NCBI GenBank assembly: GCA_049840735.1
Contig: JASGJN010000017.1
Location: forward strand, 416,001-480,000
From: Anaeromyxobacter sp.
GTDB lineage: Bacteria > Myxococcota > Myxococcia > Myxococcales > Anaeromyxobacteraceae
Direction of reading: 5' to 3'
Length of the DNA stretch: 64,000 nt
Shown: positions 1 through 22,137 of the stretch, piece after piece
Numbering within the stretch: the first letter of the stretch is position 1
Layout: every line of letters starts with the position of its first letter
Position numbers and translations under genes: made by a program
The notes under the pieces: generated by a model
Seen by the model: the letters and a program-made list of their open reading frames with translations, nothing else
The model's database searches: none
What the model was told of the DNA's origin: nothing

Positions 1-94
1 GGTCCGCCGGGTGGTGCTGCGCGGCACGCTGGTGCCGCGCGGCTCGACCGCCGCGGTGGACGGGCCGGCGCGGCCGCGGGCGCGGGCGCGGTAG
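1..94 (+). CDS. 3' end of a CDS entering from the left edge (function not assignable)
   Basis: Frame from position 2 reads VRRVVLRGTLVPRGSTAAVDGPARPRARAR to TAG at 92-94, with strong GC3 bias. Confidence 0.5.
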   Translation, partial: VRRVVLRGTLVPRGSTAAVDGPARPRARAR

Positions 95-134
95 ATCGAC
101 TCCGCGGCCCGGTGTTCAGGGCGCCCGTCCCCTG

Positions 135-351
135 CCCGGGCCGCTACGCCCAGGACGAACGGAGAGGGCCATGCATGCCGCCGCTCCCCGTTCGGGCTGA
201 GCGTAGCGAGCCCGCAGGGCTCGCGAAGTCGAAGCCCAGCCCCTCCCCGGGCCGCTACGCTCAGGACGAGCGGAGAGGCCATGCATGCCGCCGCTCCCCG
301 TTCGGGCTGAGCGTAGCGAGCCCGCAGGGCTCGCGGAGTCGAAGCCCAGCC
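135..351. repeat. Two tandem ~111-bp REP-like palindromic units
   Basis: Units start at 135 and 246. Each has GCTACGC(C/T)CAGGACGA(A/G)CGG...CCGTTCGGGCTGAGCGTAGC inverted arms, a GAGCCCGCAGGGCTC hairpin and a GTCGAAGCCC tail. Lies between convergent genes. Confidence 0.9.
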
Positions 352-357
352 GCTGCC

Positions 358-708
358 CTACCGCGGCATGTCGCCGAGGCCGCCGGCGTTCACCACGTCG
401 GCATAGCCGGACCGCTGCAGCAACGCCGCCGCCGAGGCGCTGCGCATGCCGGACGCGCAGTACACGACGATGGGCTTGCCCTTCGGCACCTCGGAGAGGC
501 GCGCCCCGAGCTCCTGCACCGGGATGTTCTTCGCGCCGGGATAGGCCCCGCCGGCAAACTCGCCCGGGGTCCGCACGTCCAGGATCAGCGCACCAGCGGC
601 CAGCTTCTGCTTCACGATCTCGCTCGACACCTTCAGACCTCCCTTGAGCCGGAACAGGACGAACAGCACCGCCAGGGCACCCAGCCCCAGCCAGACCATC
701 GAGCTCAT
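358..708 (-). CDS. Membrane-anchored rhodanese-domain sulfurtransferase
   Basis: N-terminal TM helix, ILDVRTPGEF, active-site loop YCASGMRS. ATG at 708 overlaps the upstream TGA (ATGA). Confidence 0.88.
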   Translation of the reverse strand: MSSMVWLGLGALAVLFVLFRLKGGLKVSSEIVKQKLAAGALILDVRTPGEFAGGAYPGAKNIPVQELGARLSEVPKGKPIVVYCASGMRSASAAALLQRSGYADVVNAGGLGDMPR

Positions 709-2372
709 GCACCCTCCACGTCGAAGCCGCCCTCGGCCTGCAGGCTGGTCCAGCCGCCGGTGAGGTTCACCACTTCGGTGAAGCCGTGCGCCTTCAGGAT
801 CCTCACCGCCAGGTGGGCCCGGAACCCGGACTTGCAGTGGACCACCACGCGGCGCCCGCGCGGCAGCGTCTCCCAGCCGGCGCGCAGCGCGTCGATCGGC
901 ACGTGCACCGCGCCCCTGAGGTGGCCGCGGTCCCACTCTCCCTGCGTGCGCACGTCCAGCACCAGCGGCGGGCTGCCAGAGGCCAGCTCCTGCTTGAGCG
1001 CCGCGGCGGTGAGGAGCGGGCTCGCGCCGGAGACGTCGTTCTGGGCCACGAAGGCCACCAGGTTGAGCGGGTCGTTGGCCGAGGAGTACGGCGGCGCGTA
1101 GGCCAGGTCCAGCTCGGCCAGGTCCTCCAGGGTGAGCTTCCCCTGCAGCGCCGTGGCCACCACGTCGATCCGCTTCTCCACGCCGGCCCGCCCGAAGGCC
1201 TGCGCGCCCAGCACGCGCGAGGTCTTGCGGTCGTAGACCAGCGCCAGCGACAGCTCCTGCGCGCCGGGGTAGTAGCCGGCGTGGTGGTCCTTGTGGATCA
1301 CCGCCACGCCGGCGTCGAAGCCGGCCTCGCGCGCCGCCCGCTCGGTGAGGCCGGTGGAGGCCGCGGTGGCCTCGAAGATCTTCACCACGCTGGTGCCGAG
1401 CGCGCCGCGGTAGCGCAGCTCGCCGCCCAGCGCGTTGGTGGCGGCGATGCGACCCTGCCGGTTGGCCGGGCCGGCCAGCGGCACGCGCACCCGGCGGCCG
1501 GAGACCTTGTGCTCCACCTCGACCATGTCGCCGGCGGCCAGGATGTCCGGGTCGCTGGTGCGCAGCCGGTCGTCGACCTTGACGGCGCCCGAGGCGCCCA
1601 GCTCCAGCCCCGCGGCGCGGGCCAGGGCCAGCTCCGGCCGGACGCCCACCGAGAAGAGCACCACGTCGGCCGGCACCTGCCGCCCGTCGGCCAGGACCAC
1701 CGTCCGCGCCTGCCCATCGACCGCCTGGACGCCCACGCCGGTGAGCACCTTCACCCCGGCCGCCTCCAGCTCGCGGCGGACCTGCATCGAGAACGGGTGG
1801 TCCATCACCGCCATCACGTCCGGCAAGAGCTCTACCACCGTGGTCTCGAGCCCGCGCTTGCGGAACGCCTCGGCCATCTCCAGGCCGATGAAGCCGCCGC
1901 CCACCACCACCGCGGACCTCGGCTTCCCCTGCTCCAGCGCCTGGTGCAGCCGGTCCATGTCCGGCACCGACCAGAGCGTGAACACGTGCGGCGCGTCGGC
2001 GCCTGGGAGCGGCGGCCGCACCGGCGTCCCGCCCTGCGCCAGGATCAGCTTGTCGTAGGCCAGCCAGCGCTCACCCTGCGGACCGCGGACGCGGACCCGG
2101 TGGCCGGCCCGGTCCAGCTCCAGCGCCTCGGTCTCGACGTGGGCGTCCACCCGGTAGCGGTTCTTGAAGCCCTGGGGCGTCTGGAGCAGCAGCTTGCCGC
2201 GCTCCTGGATGTCGCCGGAGATGAAGTAGGGCAGCCCGCAGTTGGCGTAGGAGACGTACGGCCCGCGCTCCAGCAGCGTGATCTCGGCCGTCTCGTCCAG
2301 CCGGCGCGCCCGCGCCGCGGCCGTCGCCCCGGCCGCCACTCCGCCCACGATGACCAGCTTCCTCGGTGCCAT
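705..2372 (-). CDS. CoA-disulfide reductase-rhodanese fusion (NADH-dependent persulfide reductase-like)
   Basis: GGVAAG FAD motif, SYANCGLPY redox Cys, GGGFIGLE NADH motif, LAYAPP, C-terminal rhodanese HCKSGFRA. Start set at MAPRKL. Confidence 0.92.
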   Translation of the reverse strand: MAPRKLVIVGGVAAGATAAARARRLDETAEITLLERGPYVSYANCGLPYFISGDIQERGKLLLQTPQGFKNRYRVDAHVETEALELDRAGHRVRVRGPQGERWLAYDKLILAQGGTPVRPPLPGADAPHVFTLWSVPDMDRLHQALEQGKPRSAVVVGGGFIGLEMAEAFRKRGLETTVVELLPDVMAVMDHPFSMQVRRELEAAGVKVLTGVGVQAVDGQARTVVLADGRQVPADVVLFSVGVRPELALARAAGLELGASGAVKVDDRLRTSDPDILAAGDMVEVEHKVSGRRVRVPLAGPANRQGRIAATNALGGELRYRGALGTSVVKIFEATAASTGLTERAAREAGFDAGVAVIHKDHHAGYYPGAQELSLALVYDRKTSRVLGAQAFGRAGVEKRIDVVATALQGKLTLEDLAELDLAYAPPYSSANDPLNLVAFVAQNDVSGASPLLTAAALKQELASGSPPLVLDVRTQGEWDRGHLRGAVHVPIDALRAGWETLPRGRRVVVHCKSGFRAHLAVRILKAHGFTEVVNLTGGWTSLQAEGGFDVEGA

Positions 2373-2547
2373 CTCTCGAGCCCCTCCCGCCCCGTTCCTG
2401 GGCGGCTCCTGGGGTACGAGCCTACCCGGGCGGAAAGGGTTCGGCCTGCAGGAAGATCGAGGGATCTTCGTGGCCCACGGGAGTGGGACACCGCCCATGG
2501 ACGGCGCGGACCCCGGCGGATGAGCGCCGGGAACGCGCCTCCGGCGC

Positions 2548-3690
<1,143 letters not shown>

Positions 3691-3700
3691 GGCTTGCCTC

Positions 3701-4534
3701 CTAACCCTTCACTGCTCCGGCCGTGAGGCCCGAGACGATGCGGCGCTGGAAGATGAGGACCAGGACCACCAGCGGCACGGTGACGATCACCGAGGCCGCC
3801 ATGATGCGCCCCCACGGCAGCTCGAACCGCGACGCGCCGCTGATCAGGCCGATGGCGGCGGGAACCGTCCGGTTCTCGTTCGAGAGCGTGAAGGTGATGG
3901 CGAACATGAACTCGTTCCAGGCCGTGATGAAGGCCAGCAGGCCGGTGGTGGCGAGCGCGGGCCACATCAGCGGCATGAACACGCGCAGGATGATGGTGAG
4001 GGGGCCGGCCCCGTCCACCAGCGCCGCCTCTTCCAACTCCTTGGGCAGCTCACGCACGAACGTGGTGAGCACCCAGGTAGTGAAGGGCAGCGTCAAGATG
4101 AGGTAGGAGAGCGCCAGGCTCCACAGGGTGTCGTAGAGGCCAAACTTGAAGACCAGTTCGAACATCCCGGAGAGCACGGCGATCTGCGGGAACATCGAGA
4201 CCGACAGCACGGTCAGAAGCAGGAGCGCGCGGCCGCGAAAGTCGATCCGGCCCAGCGCGTAGGCCGCGGTGACCGAGAGCGCCAGCGAGACCGCCACCAC
4301 GCCGCCGGCGACCATCACCGAGTTGCGGATGTTCTTCCCGAATGGCTGTTCGCGGAACACCGCCGCGTAGTTGCCCCAGGCCGGCCGGCTGGGCAGGAAC
4401 TCCACCTTGTAGAGCTCGCTTCCCTCCTTCAACGAGGAGACCACCGCCCAGTAGAAGGGGAAGACGGTGTAGACGATGATCACCGCCACGAGGGCGTAGA
4501 AGATGGTCCGGCCGATGATTCTGCGCGCGCGCAT
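3701..4534 (-). CDS. Carbohydrate ABC permease (MalG/ThuG type)
   Basis: Six TM helices, EAA loop [22 protein letters not shown] terminus. Confidence 0.93.
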   Translation of the reverse strand: MRARRIIGRTIFYALVAVIIVYTVFPFYWAVVSSLKEGSELYKVEFLPSRPAWGNYAAVFREQPFGKNIRNSVMVAGGVVAVSLALSVTAAYALGRIDFRGRALLLLTVLSVSMFPQIAVLSGMFELVFKFGLYDTLWSLALSYLILTLPFTTWVLTTFVRELPKELEEAALVDGAGPLTIILRVFMPLMWPALATTGLLAFITAWNEFMFAITFTLSNENRTVPAAIGLISGASRFELPWGRIMAASVIVTVPLVVLVLIFQRRIVSGLTAGAVKG

Positions 4535-4537
4535 GGG

Positions 4538-5504
4538 CTAGCGCCCTCCCGAATCGAGCCGGACACGTGCCACGACGATGTACAGGACCGTGAACACGGC
4601 CACGACCGCGAACAGGAACGTCGAGGCCGCCGAGCCGTAGCCGACCCGCCCGTTGCCCGCGAGCTCTTGCTGCGCATAGACCGCCATGGAGGTGGCCCCG
4701 CGGCTCCCGCCCGTGAGGACGTATGGCAGGTCGAAGATCCGCAGCGCATCCAGGGTTCGGAAGATGATGGCCACCATCAGCCCCGGCTTGATGAGCGGCA
4801 GCGTGATCTTCCAGAACACCTTCACCGGGTGGATGCCATCGATGCGCGTGGCCTCGTAGATCTCGGTGGGAACCAGCTGCAGCGCCGCCAGGATCAGCAG
4901 CGTCATGAAGGGCGTGGTCTTCCAGACGTCGACGATGACGATCGACCAGAACACCAGGTCACGAGAAGCGGTCCACGCCATGGGGCCGTCGATGAGTCCC
5001 ACCCTCATCAGCAGGAAGTTCAGGACGCCGTAGATGTCGTTGTACATCCAGTTCCACATCTGGGCAGAGACCACCGTCGGGATGGCCCAGGGGATGAGCA
5101 CGGCGGCCCGGACCAGGCCGCGGCCCGGGATGTGCGCGTTCAGCACCAGCGCGATTCCCAGCCCGAGCACGGTTCTCGATGCTCACCGACACGAGCGCGA
5201 AGCCAACGGTGTTCCGGACCGCGCGCCACCAGCCCGAGTCGTCCCAGAGCTCGCGGAAGTTCTCGAGCCCCGTCCACGCCCACGTATCCGAGGCCCGGGT
5301 GGCATCCGTGAACGCAAAGTAAATGGTGCGGAGCAGCGGCCACCCGGCCACCGTCGCGAGCACCAGCAGCATGGGGATGACGAACAACCAGGCGGCGCGG
5401 CGCCGCTGCCTCGTGAGCTGCGACGCCGCGCCCGGCGCGGGGAACGGGCCCGCGGACGGAGGCGAGGAGACTTCCACTTCCGATCCGCGGGCCTGCTCCA
5501 TCAC
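4538..5504 (-). CDS. Carbohydrate ABC permease (MalF/ThuF type), split by one frameshift near 5173
   Basis: ORF 4959..5504 N-half (GLENF...NTVGFALVSVSIE) joins ORF 4538..5170 (WKTTPF, YEATRIDG) if one base is removed. Confidence 0.88.
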
Positions 5505-5511
5505 GCGCTCC

Positions 5512-6793
<1,282 letters not shown>

Positions 6794-7197
6794 GGAATCT
6801 CCTGGTGTGGAGTTGCCGCGGTTCGAATCGGCCCGCGGACCAGCCGGCGCGCGGATGCGCACTTCCCCGGAGGCCCCGCTTGTAACACCGCGTGTACCTC
6901 GGACCGGAGTCCCCGGAGGGGACGTTCCACACCAAAGGGCAAACGCCCTTTCCTGCCCGTGCGTGGCTGCGGCGACCTGATGCAGCCCAAAGCAGCGGGT
7001 TTCCTGCGCTGGATCACGTTTGGCTGGCTCGCCCGATGCATCCCGAGCGGCGCGTCGCCAAGCAACCAGGGGTCAACCCCTGGAAATGGAACACCCGGGG
7101 CGATCGAACCCGGCGAGCCATCCGCCAGCATTCACCCCGGGTGCCTTGCTGCTCCTGCCGTCCGGCCTCGGGCGGTGAGCGGTCAGACCCCGCCTGA

Positions 7198-7222
7198 CCG
7201 CTCATCCTGAGCTTGCCGAAGG
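7198..7222. repeat. Single REP-like copy
   Basis: CCGCTCATCCTGAGCTTGCCGAAGG matches the CCGTTCG-GCTGAGC...CGAAG core of the other repeat loci. Sits downstream of the LuxR-like gene. Confidence 0.55.
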
Positions 7223-7248
7223 ATCGCTCACCCTGCCCGCCGAAGCGG

Positions 7249-7591
7249 TCAGCGCGCCAGCGCGACCGGGGAGGCGCCGGCCTGCGGCTGCGGCTGCGCC
7301 GGAGCCTGAGGGCGGGGCTCGATCCGCTCGCCGGCGGCGAGCATGCGAAGCGAGAGCGCCAGCAGAGACGAGATCGAGCTCGCCCGAGCCCGGCACGTCC
7401 AGCTTCCGGTAGATCCGCTTGCGGCGCGCGCGGATGGTCTCCGGCGAGACGTTGGCGGCGGCAGCAGAGTCCTTGCAGGCGAAGCCCTGGGCGAGGCGGA
7501 GGACCTCCGACCGCTCCGCGGGCGTGAGGTTGGTCCCCTCGAGGAACTTGGCCGTGAAGGGCGCGAGGATCTCGACATCGATGTGCGGCAT
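7249..7591 (-). CDS. Small LuxR-type HTH regulator, frameshift near 7375
   Basis: LTPAERSEVLRLAQG...AANVSPETIRARRKRIYRKLDV is a LuxR HTH. Continues as ISSLLALSLRML after a 1-nt shift. Confidence 0.75.
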
Positions 7592-7894
7592 AGGGCTTCT
7601 CTCTCCTGCGGCGCACATGGCGCCGGCTTCGGACGACCGTCCCCACCCAACCGCCTGGCTTCCCCTTCGGTCGCCCGCCTGGTGGTGGCGTCACGTTAGG
7701 CACGGCCCGCCAGGACACAACCCCCCACCTGGCGCTCGAGTGGAGGGCACCCCACAAGACGGCTGGACCCGGGCCTGCCGGTCGATCCTTGACGCTGTCC
7801 AGGAATTCCACGCTGAGGCCGGGTGAGCCGAGCAGACCGGCGGACGGCCGACCGGGACTGCGCGTCAAGACTCCACGTGAGCGCGAACAATGGG

Positions 7895-8686
7895 CTAGCG
7901 CAGCGCCGCCTCGAGCGCTGCCGCGCGGTCGGCCCGGCCGTCCTCCGCCGCGCGCGCCGCGATGAGCGCCCGCAGCAGCGCGTCCACGTCCGCCTGGCTG
8001 GCCAGGTACCAGCGGGCAGCCGAGCGCGCGCTCCGCCCCACCCTCACGCCCACCGCGACGCCCTCGGCGCGGAAGGCGTCCTCGTCCGAGGGATCGTCGC
8101 CCACGTACAGCGCGGTCTCCAGCTCCTCGCGGCGCAGCAGCGCCTCCAGCGCCCGCCCCTTGTCCGGCGCCTCCTCGGGCAGCACCTGGACCACGTCGCG
8201 CCCCAGCAGCACGCGCGCACCGGGCAGCGCCGAGGCCAGCCCGACCAGCCGCCGGCGCAGCGCGTGGGGCGCGCCGGCGCCGCGGTGGTGGAGCGCCAGC
8301 GAGAGCCCCTTGTCCTCCAGCCGCACGCCGGGCAGCGCGGCCAGGACGGCGGCGACCCGCTCCCGCCAGCCCGCCACCTGCGCCCGCAGCCCCGCGTCGA
8401 GCGGGCCGAACCCGGGCTCGCTGCCGTGCCCGCCCACCACCGCCACCAGCGGGATCCCCTCCAGCCGCCGGGCCGCGTCGGCCCGCCGCCGGCCGGAGAG
8501 CACCGCGCACGGCGCCAGCAGGGCCAGCACGCGCAGCAGCCGGCGCGTCTCGGGCCGCAGCCCGGCGGCGGCCGGGTCGGCCACCAGCGGGGCCAGCGTG
8601 CCGTCCAGATCAAAGGCCAAGAGCGCGCGGCGGCGCGCCAGGGCGCGCAGCACCGGCGCGGCCTCGGCGGTGAGGATCGGCTCCAT
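7895..8686 (-). CDS. otsB: Trehalose-6-phosphate phosphatase
   Basis: HAD motif [30 protein letters not shown]. Directly downstream of otsA. Confidence 0.92.
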   Translation of the reverse strand: MEPILTAEAAPVLRALARRRALLAFDLDGTLAPLVADPAAAGLRPETRRLLRVLALLAPCAVLSGRRRADAARRLEGIPLVAVVGGHGSEPGFGPLDAGLRAQVAGWRERVAAVLAALPGVRLEDKGLSLALHHRGAGAPHALRRRLVGLASALPGARVLLGRDVVQVLPEEAPDKGRALEALLRREELETALYVGDDPSDEDAFRAEGVAVGVRVGRSARSAARWYLASQADVDALLRALIAARAAEDGRADRAAALEAALR

Positions 8687-8688
8687 GG

Positions 8689-10959
<2,271 letters not shown>

Positions 10960-11058
10960 CCATGCACGCTACGGCACCAGGCAGGCGAGGCGACCGTACG
11001 ATCGGGGCCCTGCCCGACCGGTACTACCCGTGAAGGTGAGGCCACGGGGAGCGCCCGG

Positions 11059-12453
11059 TCACGTGCGCGACGCGGCCGCCGCCTTCGCGTCCTGGTCCGC
11101 GGCGCGGTCCAGCCTGCGCAGGCTCCAGCGCAGCGCGGGCGGCGTCACCAGCGTGGTGACCACCACCACCAGCACCACCGCCGAGTAGGTGGCGGCGTCC
11201 AGCAGCGGCCGCCCGCCGATCCGGAGCGTGAGCCCGATGTTGGCGAAGATGAGCCCCACCTCGCCGCGCGGGATCATGCCCAGCCCGACGGTGAGCCGGT
11301 CCACGCCGCCCCACACCGCGCCGCCGCAGGCCTGCTTGCCGGCGATGGCGGCCGCGATCAGCCCAGCCGCCAGCCCCAGCACCCGCAGGTCCAGGAACGC
11401 GGTCAGGTCGGTGCGCATGCCCATGACCACGAAGAAGACCGGCACCAGGAAGGATGCGATGGGCTTCACCAGCTCCTCCAGCCCATGTTCGCCGCGCCGG
11501 GTGAAGTCGCGGTAGTGGAGCTGCTCCAGGATCAGCCCGGCCGCGAACGCGCCCACGATGGGGGCGAGCCCGATCGCGCCGGAGAGCCAGCTCATGAGGA
11601 AGCAGAAGGCCAGCCCCAGCGCCAGCAGCACGCCGCGGGTCTGCAGCTTCGAGGCCACCCGGAACATGCGCGGCGAGAGCCAGACGCCCAGCACCAGCGC
11701 GCCCACCAGGAAGAGGCTGGCCTTGGCCACCATCCCGCCCACCGCGAGGAGCGAGAGGGCCCTCCCGGCGTCGGCGGCTGCCACCAGCCCGGTCACCACC
11801 GCCAGCACCACCAGCCCCAGCACGTCGTCGATCACCGCCGCGCCCAGGACGATGCGGGCCTCCCGCGTCTGCGCGCGCCCCAGATCCTGCAGGACGCGGG
11901 CGGTGATGCCCACGCTGGTGGCGCTCAGCGCGGCGCCGAGGAAGACGTGCACGTAGACGCTCGCCTCCGGCAGCAGGAGCCGGCCCACCAGCCAGCCCAG
12001 CAGCATGGGGAAGACCACGCCCACCGTGGCGACCGCGAAGGAGGGCGCGCCGACCTTGAGCATGTCGGCGACGGTGGACTCCAGCCCCACCTCGAAGAGC
12101 AGCAGGATCACGCCCAGCCCGGCCAGCGCGCCCACCACCGGATCGCCGGGGATGGCGTGGAAGACGGGGAGGCCGACGTGGTGCGCGTTGCCCAGCAGGA
12201 TGCCGACGACAAGCTCGCCCAGCACGGCGGGCTGGCCGATCCGCGTCACCACCTCCCCGCCCAGCTTGGCCGCCAGCAGGATGACGGCCAGGTCGAGCAG
12301 CACCAGGCCGAGGTCCTCGCCGTGGGGTGCGCCGTCCTGGCCGAGCGCGAGCCCAGGGAGCACCGCGAGGGCCAGGACCAGCAGCGGGAGGCGGCGGAGC
12401 AGCGAGGAGCGGGCGGGCATCGTGCGCGGGAGTCTGGCCTGGTTCGTGTCCAC
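11059..12453 (-). CDS. Cation:proton antiporter (CPA2/Kef family)
   Basis: About 12 TM helices, ATSVGIT, AAVIDDVLG, GMIPRGEVG. Start may instead be ATG 12420. Confidence 0.9.
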   Translation of the reverse strand: MDTNQARLPRTMPARSSLLRRLPLLVLALAVLPGLALGQDGAPHGEDLGLVLLDLAVILLAAKLGGEVVTRIGQPAVLGELVVGILLGNAHHVGLPVFHAIPGDPVVGALAGLGVILLLFEVGLESTVADMLKVGAPSFAVATVGVVFPMLLGWLVGRLLLPEASVYVHVFLGAALSATSVGITARVLQDLGRAQTREARIVLGAAVIDDVLGLVVLAVVTGLVAAADAGRALSLLAVGGMVAKASLFLVGALVLGVWLSPRMFRVASKLQTRGVLLALGLAFCFLMSWLSGAIGLAPIVGAFAAGLILEQLHYRDFTRRGEHGLEELVKPIASFLVPVFFVVMGMRTDLTAFLDLRVLGLAAGLIAAAIAGKQACGGAVWGGVDRLTVGLGMIPRGEVGLIFANIGLTLRIGGRPLLDAATYSAVVLVVVVTTLVTPPALRWSLRRLDRAADQDAKAAAASRT

Positions 12454-12474
12454 GATCCACGCCTTCCCGCATGA

Positions 12475-13203
12475 TCAGCCCGCGCGCCTCCCCGCCGCCG
12501 CCTCGTCGGCGAGGACGCGCTGCTCGCCGCTCGCGCGGATCCGCGCCGCAGGGATGAGCGGCGCGCCCGCCGCCGGCGAGAGCAGCTGCGCCAGCGCGGG
12601 GGCCTTCTCCGCTCCGGAGACCACGAACAGCACCGCCCGGGCGGCGTCGAGCACCGGGTAGGTGAGCGTCAGCCGCTGCGCGCCCAGGTGCGGCACGAAG
12701 GGCGCGGCCACCCAGCGCTGCCGCTCCTCCAGCGCCGGGCTTCCGGGGAAGAGCGAGGCGGTGTGACCGTCCGGCCCCAGGCCGAGCAGGACCAGGTCCA
12801 GCGCCGGATCCTCGCCCAGCTCCCGCCGGAGGTGCGCCTCGTAGCGATTGGCGGCCTCCGGCGGCGGGCGCTCCCCCTCCAGCCGGTGCACCGCGCCGGC
12901 CGCCACGTGCCGCAGCAGCGCCTGGTGCGCCATCCGGTAGTTGGAGTCCGGGTGGTCGGGCGGCACGCAGCGCTCGTCGCCGAACCAGACCGTCACCTGG
13001 CCCCAGGGGAGCCGGGTGCGGTAGGGGCCCGCGGGATCGGCCAGGCGCTCGTACAGCGCGCGCGGCGTGGACCCACCGGCCAGCGCCAGCGTGAACCGGC
13101 CGCGCGCGGCCACCGCCTCAGCCATCCGGCGCGCGACCTCCGCGGCCGCCGCCTGGGCCACCGCCGCGGGATCGGAGTGGACCTCGAGCGCGGGCGGCGC
13201 CAC
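12475..13203 (-). CDS. pgl: 6-phosphogluconolactonase
   Basis: LAGGSTP, GDERCV, SNY, LLGLGPDGHTASLFP, RLTLT. Confidence 0.93.
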   Translation of the reverse strand: MAPPALEVHSDPAAVAQAAAAEVARRMAEAVAARGRFTLALAGGSTPRALYERLADPAGPYRTRLPWGQVTVWFGDERCVPPDHPDSNYRMAHQALLRHVAAGAVHRLEGERPPPEAANRYEAHLRRELGEDPALDLVLLGLGPDGHTASLFPGSPALEERQRWVAAPFVPHLGAQRLTLTYPVLDAARAVLFVVSGAEKAPALAQLLSPAAGAPLIPAARIRASGEQRVLADEAAAGRRAG

Positions 13204-13204
13204 G

Positions 13205-14700
13205 TCAGCCCCCGTCCGCCCAGCGCCGCCCGTCGCGCGACAGCAGCTCGTCGCCGGCGCGAGGCCCGCGGGAGCCGGAGTCGTAGTTGGGGAAGTCGCG
13301 GGCCGGCAGCGTGGCCCACACGTCCAGGATGGGCGTGGCGATCCGCCAGGCCGCCTCGACCATGTCGGCGCGGTGGAAGAGCGTGGCGTCGCCGGTCATG
13401 GCGTCGTGGAGCAGCCGCTCGTAGCCGGTGGACGCCGGGACCGCGCCGAAGTCGGCGTAGCTGAAGTCGAGCCGCACCGGCTGGAGCTGGATGGCGGCGC
13501 CGGGGCGCTTGGCCCACATGCGGACGCAGATGGCCTCCTCCGGCTGGATCAGGATGTCGAGCCGGTTGGGATCCACGTCCCCGATCCCCTCCCCCTGGAA
13601 CAGGAGCAGCGGAGGCCGCCGGAACTGGATCGAGATCTGCGTGTCGCGCCGGTCGAGCCGCTTGCCGGAGCGCAGGTAGAAGGGCACGCCCGCCCAGCGC
13701 CAGTTCTCCACCTGCAGCTTGAGCGCGGCGTAGGTCTCGGTCTGCGAGGTGGGCGAGACCTTCGGCTCCTGCCGGTAGCCCGGCACCCGCTTCCCGTCCA
13801 CGGCGCCCTCCGCGTACTGGCCGCGCACGGTGTTCCGGATCACCTCCTCCGGCGTCATGGGGCGGATGGCGTCCAGCACCTTCACCTTCTCGTTGCGCAC
13901 CGCCTCGGCCGCCAGCGACGAGGGCGGCTCCATGGCCACCAGGGTGAGCAGCTGGAACATGTGGTTCTGGACCATGTCCCGCAGCACGCCGGCCTGCTCG
14001 TAGTAGGCGCCGCGCCCCTCCACGCCCAGCTCCTCGGCCACGGTGATCTGCACGCTGTCCACGTAGCGGCGGTTCCAGATGGGCTCGAAGATCCCGTTGG
14101 CGAAGCGGAAGACCAGCAGGTTCTGGACCGTCTCCTTGCCGAGGTAGTGGTCGATGCGGAAGAGCTGGTCCTCCCGCGCGATGGCGGTCAGCTCGCGGGT
14201 GAGCGCCACCGCGGAGTCCAGGTCGCGGCCGAACGGCTTCTCGATCACCACCCGCCGCCAGCCGGCGGCCTCCTCCAGCAGGCCCGCCGCCCCCAGCCCG
14301 CGCACGATGGTGCCGAACTCGCTGGGCGGCGTGGCCAGGTAGAAGAGCGCGTTGCCCGAGGTGCCGTGGCGCTCGGCGGCGTGCGCCAGCGCGCTCTTCA
14401 CGCCCTCGTAGGTGGCCGGGTCCTCGAAGTCGCCCTGCAGGTAATGGATCTTGTCGAGGTAGTCCTTCCAGACCGCGTCCTCCACCGGCCGGGTGGCGAA
14501 CTCGCGCAGCGCGGCGTCGGCGTGGGCGCGGTAGCCCTGCGTGTCCATGGGCCGGCGCGCCACGCCCACGATGGCCACGTCGCGCGGCAGCAGCTGGTTG
14601 GCGCGCAGGTTGTAGAGCGACGGGAGCAGCTTGCGCTGCGTGAGGTCGCCCATGGCCCCGAAGACCACGAAGGCGCAAGGGCCGGCGGGGCGGGGGCCGC

Positions 14701-14704
<4 letters not shown>
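13205..14704 (-). CDS. zwf: Glucose-6-phosphate 1-dehydrogenase
   Basis: [44 protein letters not shown] overlaps the gnd stop. Confidence 0.95.
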
Positions 14705-15688
<984 letters not shown>

Positions 15689-15723
15689 GTGGTCCTCCGG
15701 GCGCTCCGCGCGCCCAATCGTCC

Positions 15724-16173
15724 TCAGCCGGCGCGCGCCTCGAGCGCCTGCACCAGGCCGAACCGCCGCACGTGCCGCTCCTCGTCGCTGGGCCGGGCCG
15801 CCAGGAACGCCAGCGTGATCTCCAGCGCCAGCGCCGTCCCCACCACCCGGGAGCCCAGCGCCAGCACGTTCATTCGATCGTGCTCGACGCCCTGGTGCGC
15901 CGAGTAGGTGTCGTGGCAGAGGCCGGCGTAGATGCCGCGCACCTTGTTCGCGGCCATGGCCGCGCCCACGCCCGAGCCGCACACCAGCACCCCGCGCTCG
16001 GCCTGCCCGGCCAGCAGCGCCCGGGCCAGCGCCTCGGCGTGCACCGGGTAGTCGCTGGGCGTGGTGTCGTGGGTGCCGAGGTCCAGCACCTCGTGGCCGG
16101 CCGCACGGAGCTGGCCGGCCAGGTGCTCCTTCAGCCCGAGCCCTGCGTGATCGGCAGCCACGGCGACGCGCAT
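15724..16173 (-). CDS. rpiB: Ribose-5-phosphate isomerase B
   Basis: ADHAG, DYP, CGSGVG, ANKVRGI, RHVRR. Confidence 0.93.
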   Translation of the reverse strand: MRVAVAADHAGLGLKEHLAGQLRAAGHEVLDLGTHDTTPSDYPVHAEALARALLAGQAERGVLVCGSGVGAAMAANKVRGIYAGLCHDTYSAHQGVEHDRMNVLALGSRVVGTALALEITLAFLAARPSDEERHVRRFGLVQALEARAG

Positions 16174-16271
16174 CCCCTCTCACTACTGGAAGGCGCAGCC
16201 CGCCGGGGGGCCCTGGCGGGTTGGACCCCGGCCACGCCCGCCGCAGAATCCGAGGCCTTCCGCCACTATGA

Positions 16272-22103
<5,832 letters not shown>

Positions 22104-22137
22104 CAGGCTACCAGTCACCTCGGTGCCGTTTCACCCT

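Noticed and set aside
6930..7010. c-di-GMP-I riboswitch (GGCAAAC)
   Set aside because: The GAAA tetraloop and second-stem consensus are missing, and the orientation is opposite to the ABC operon
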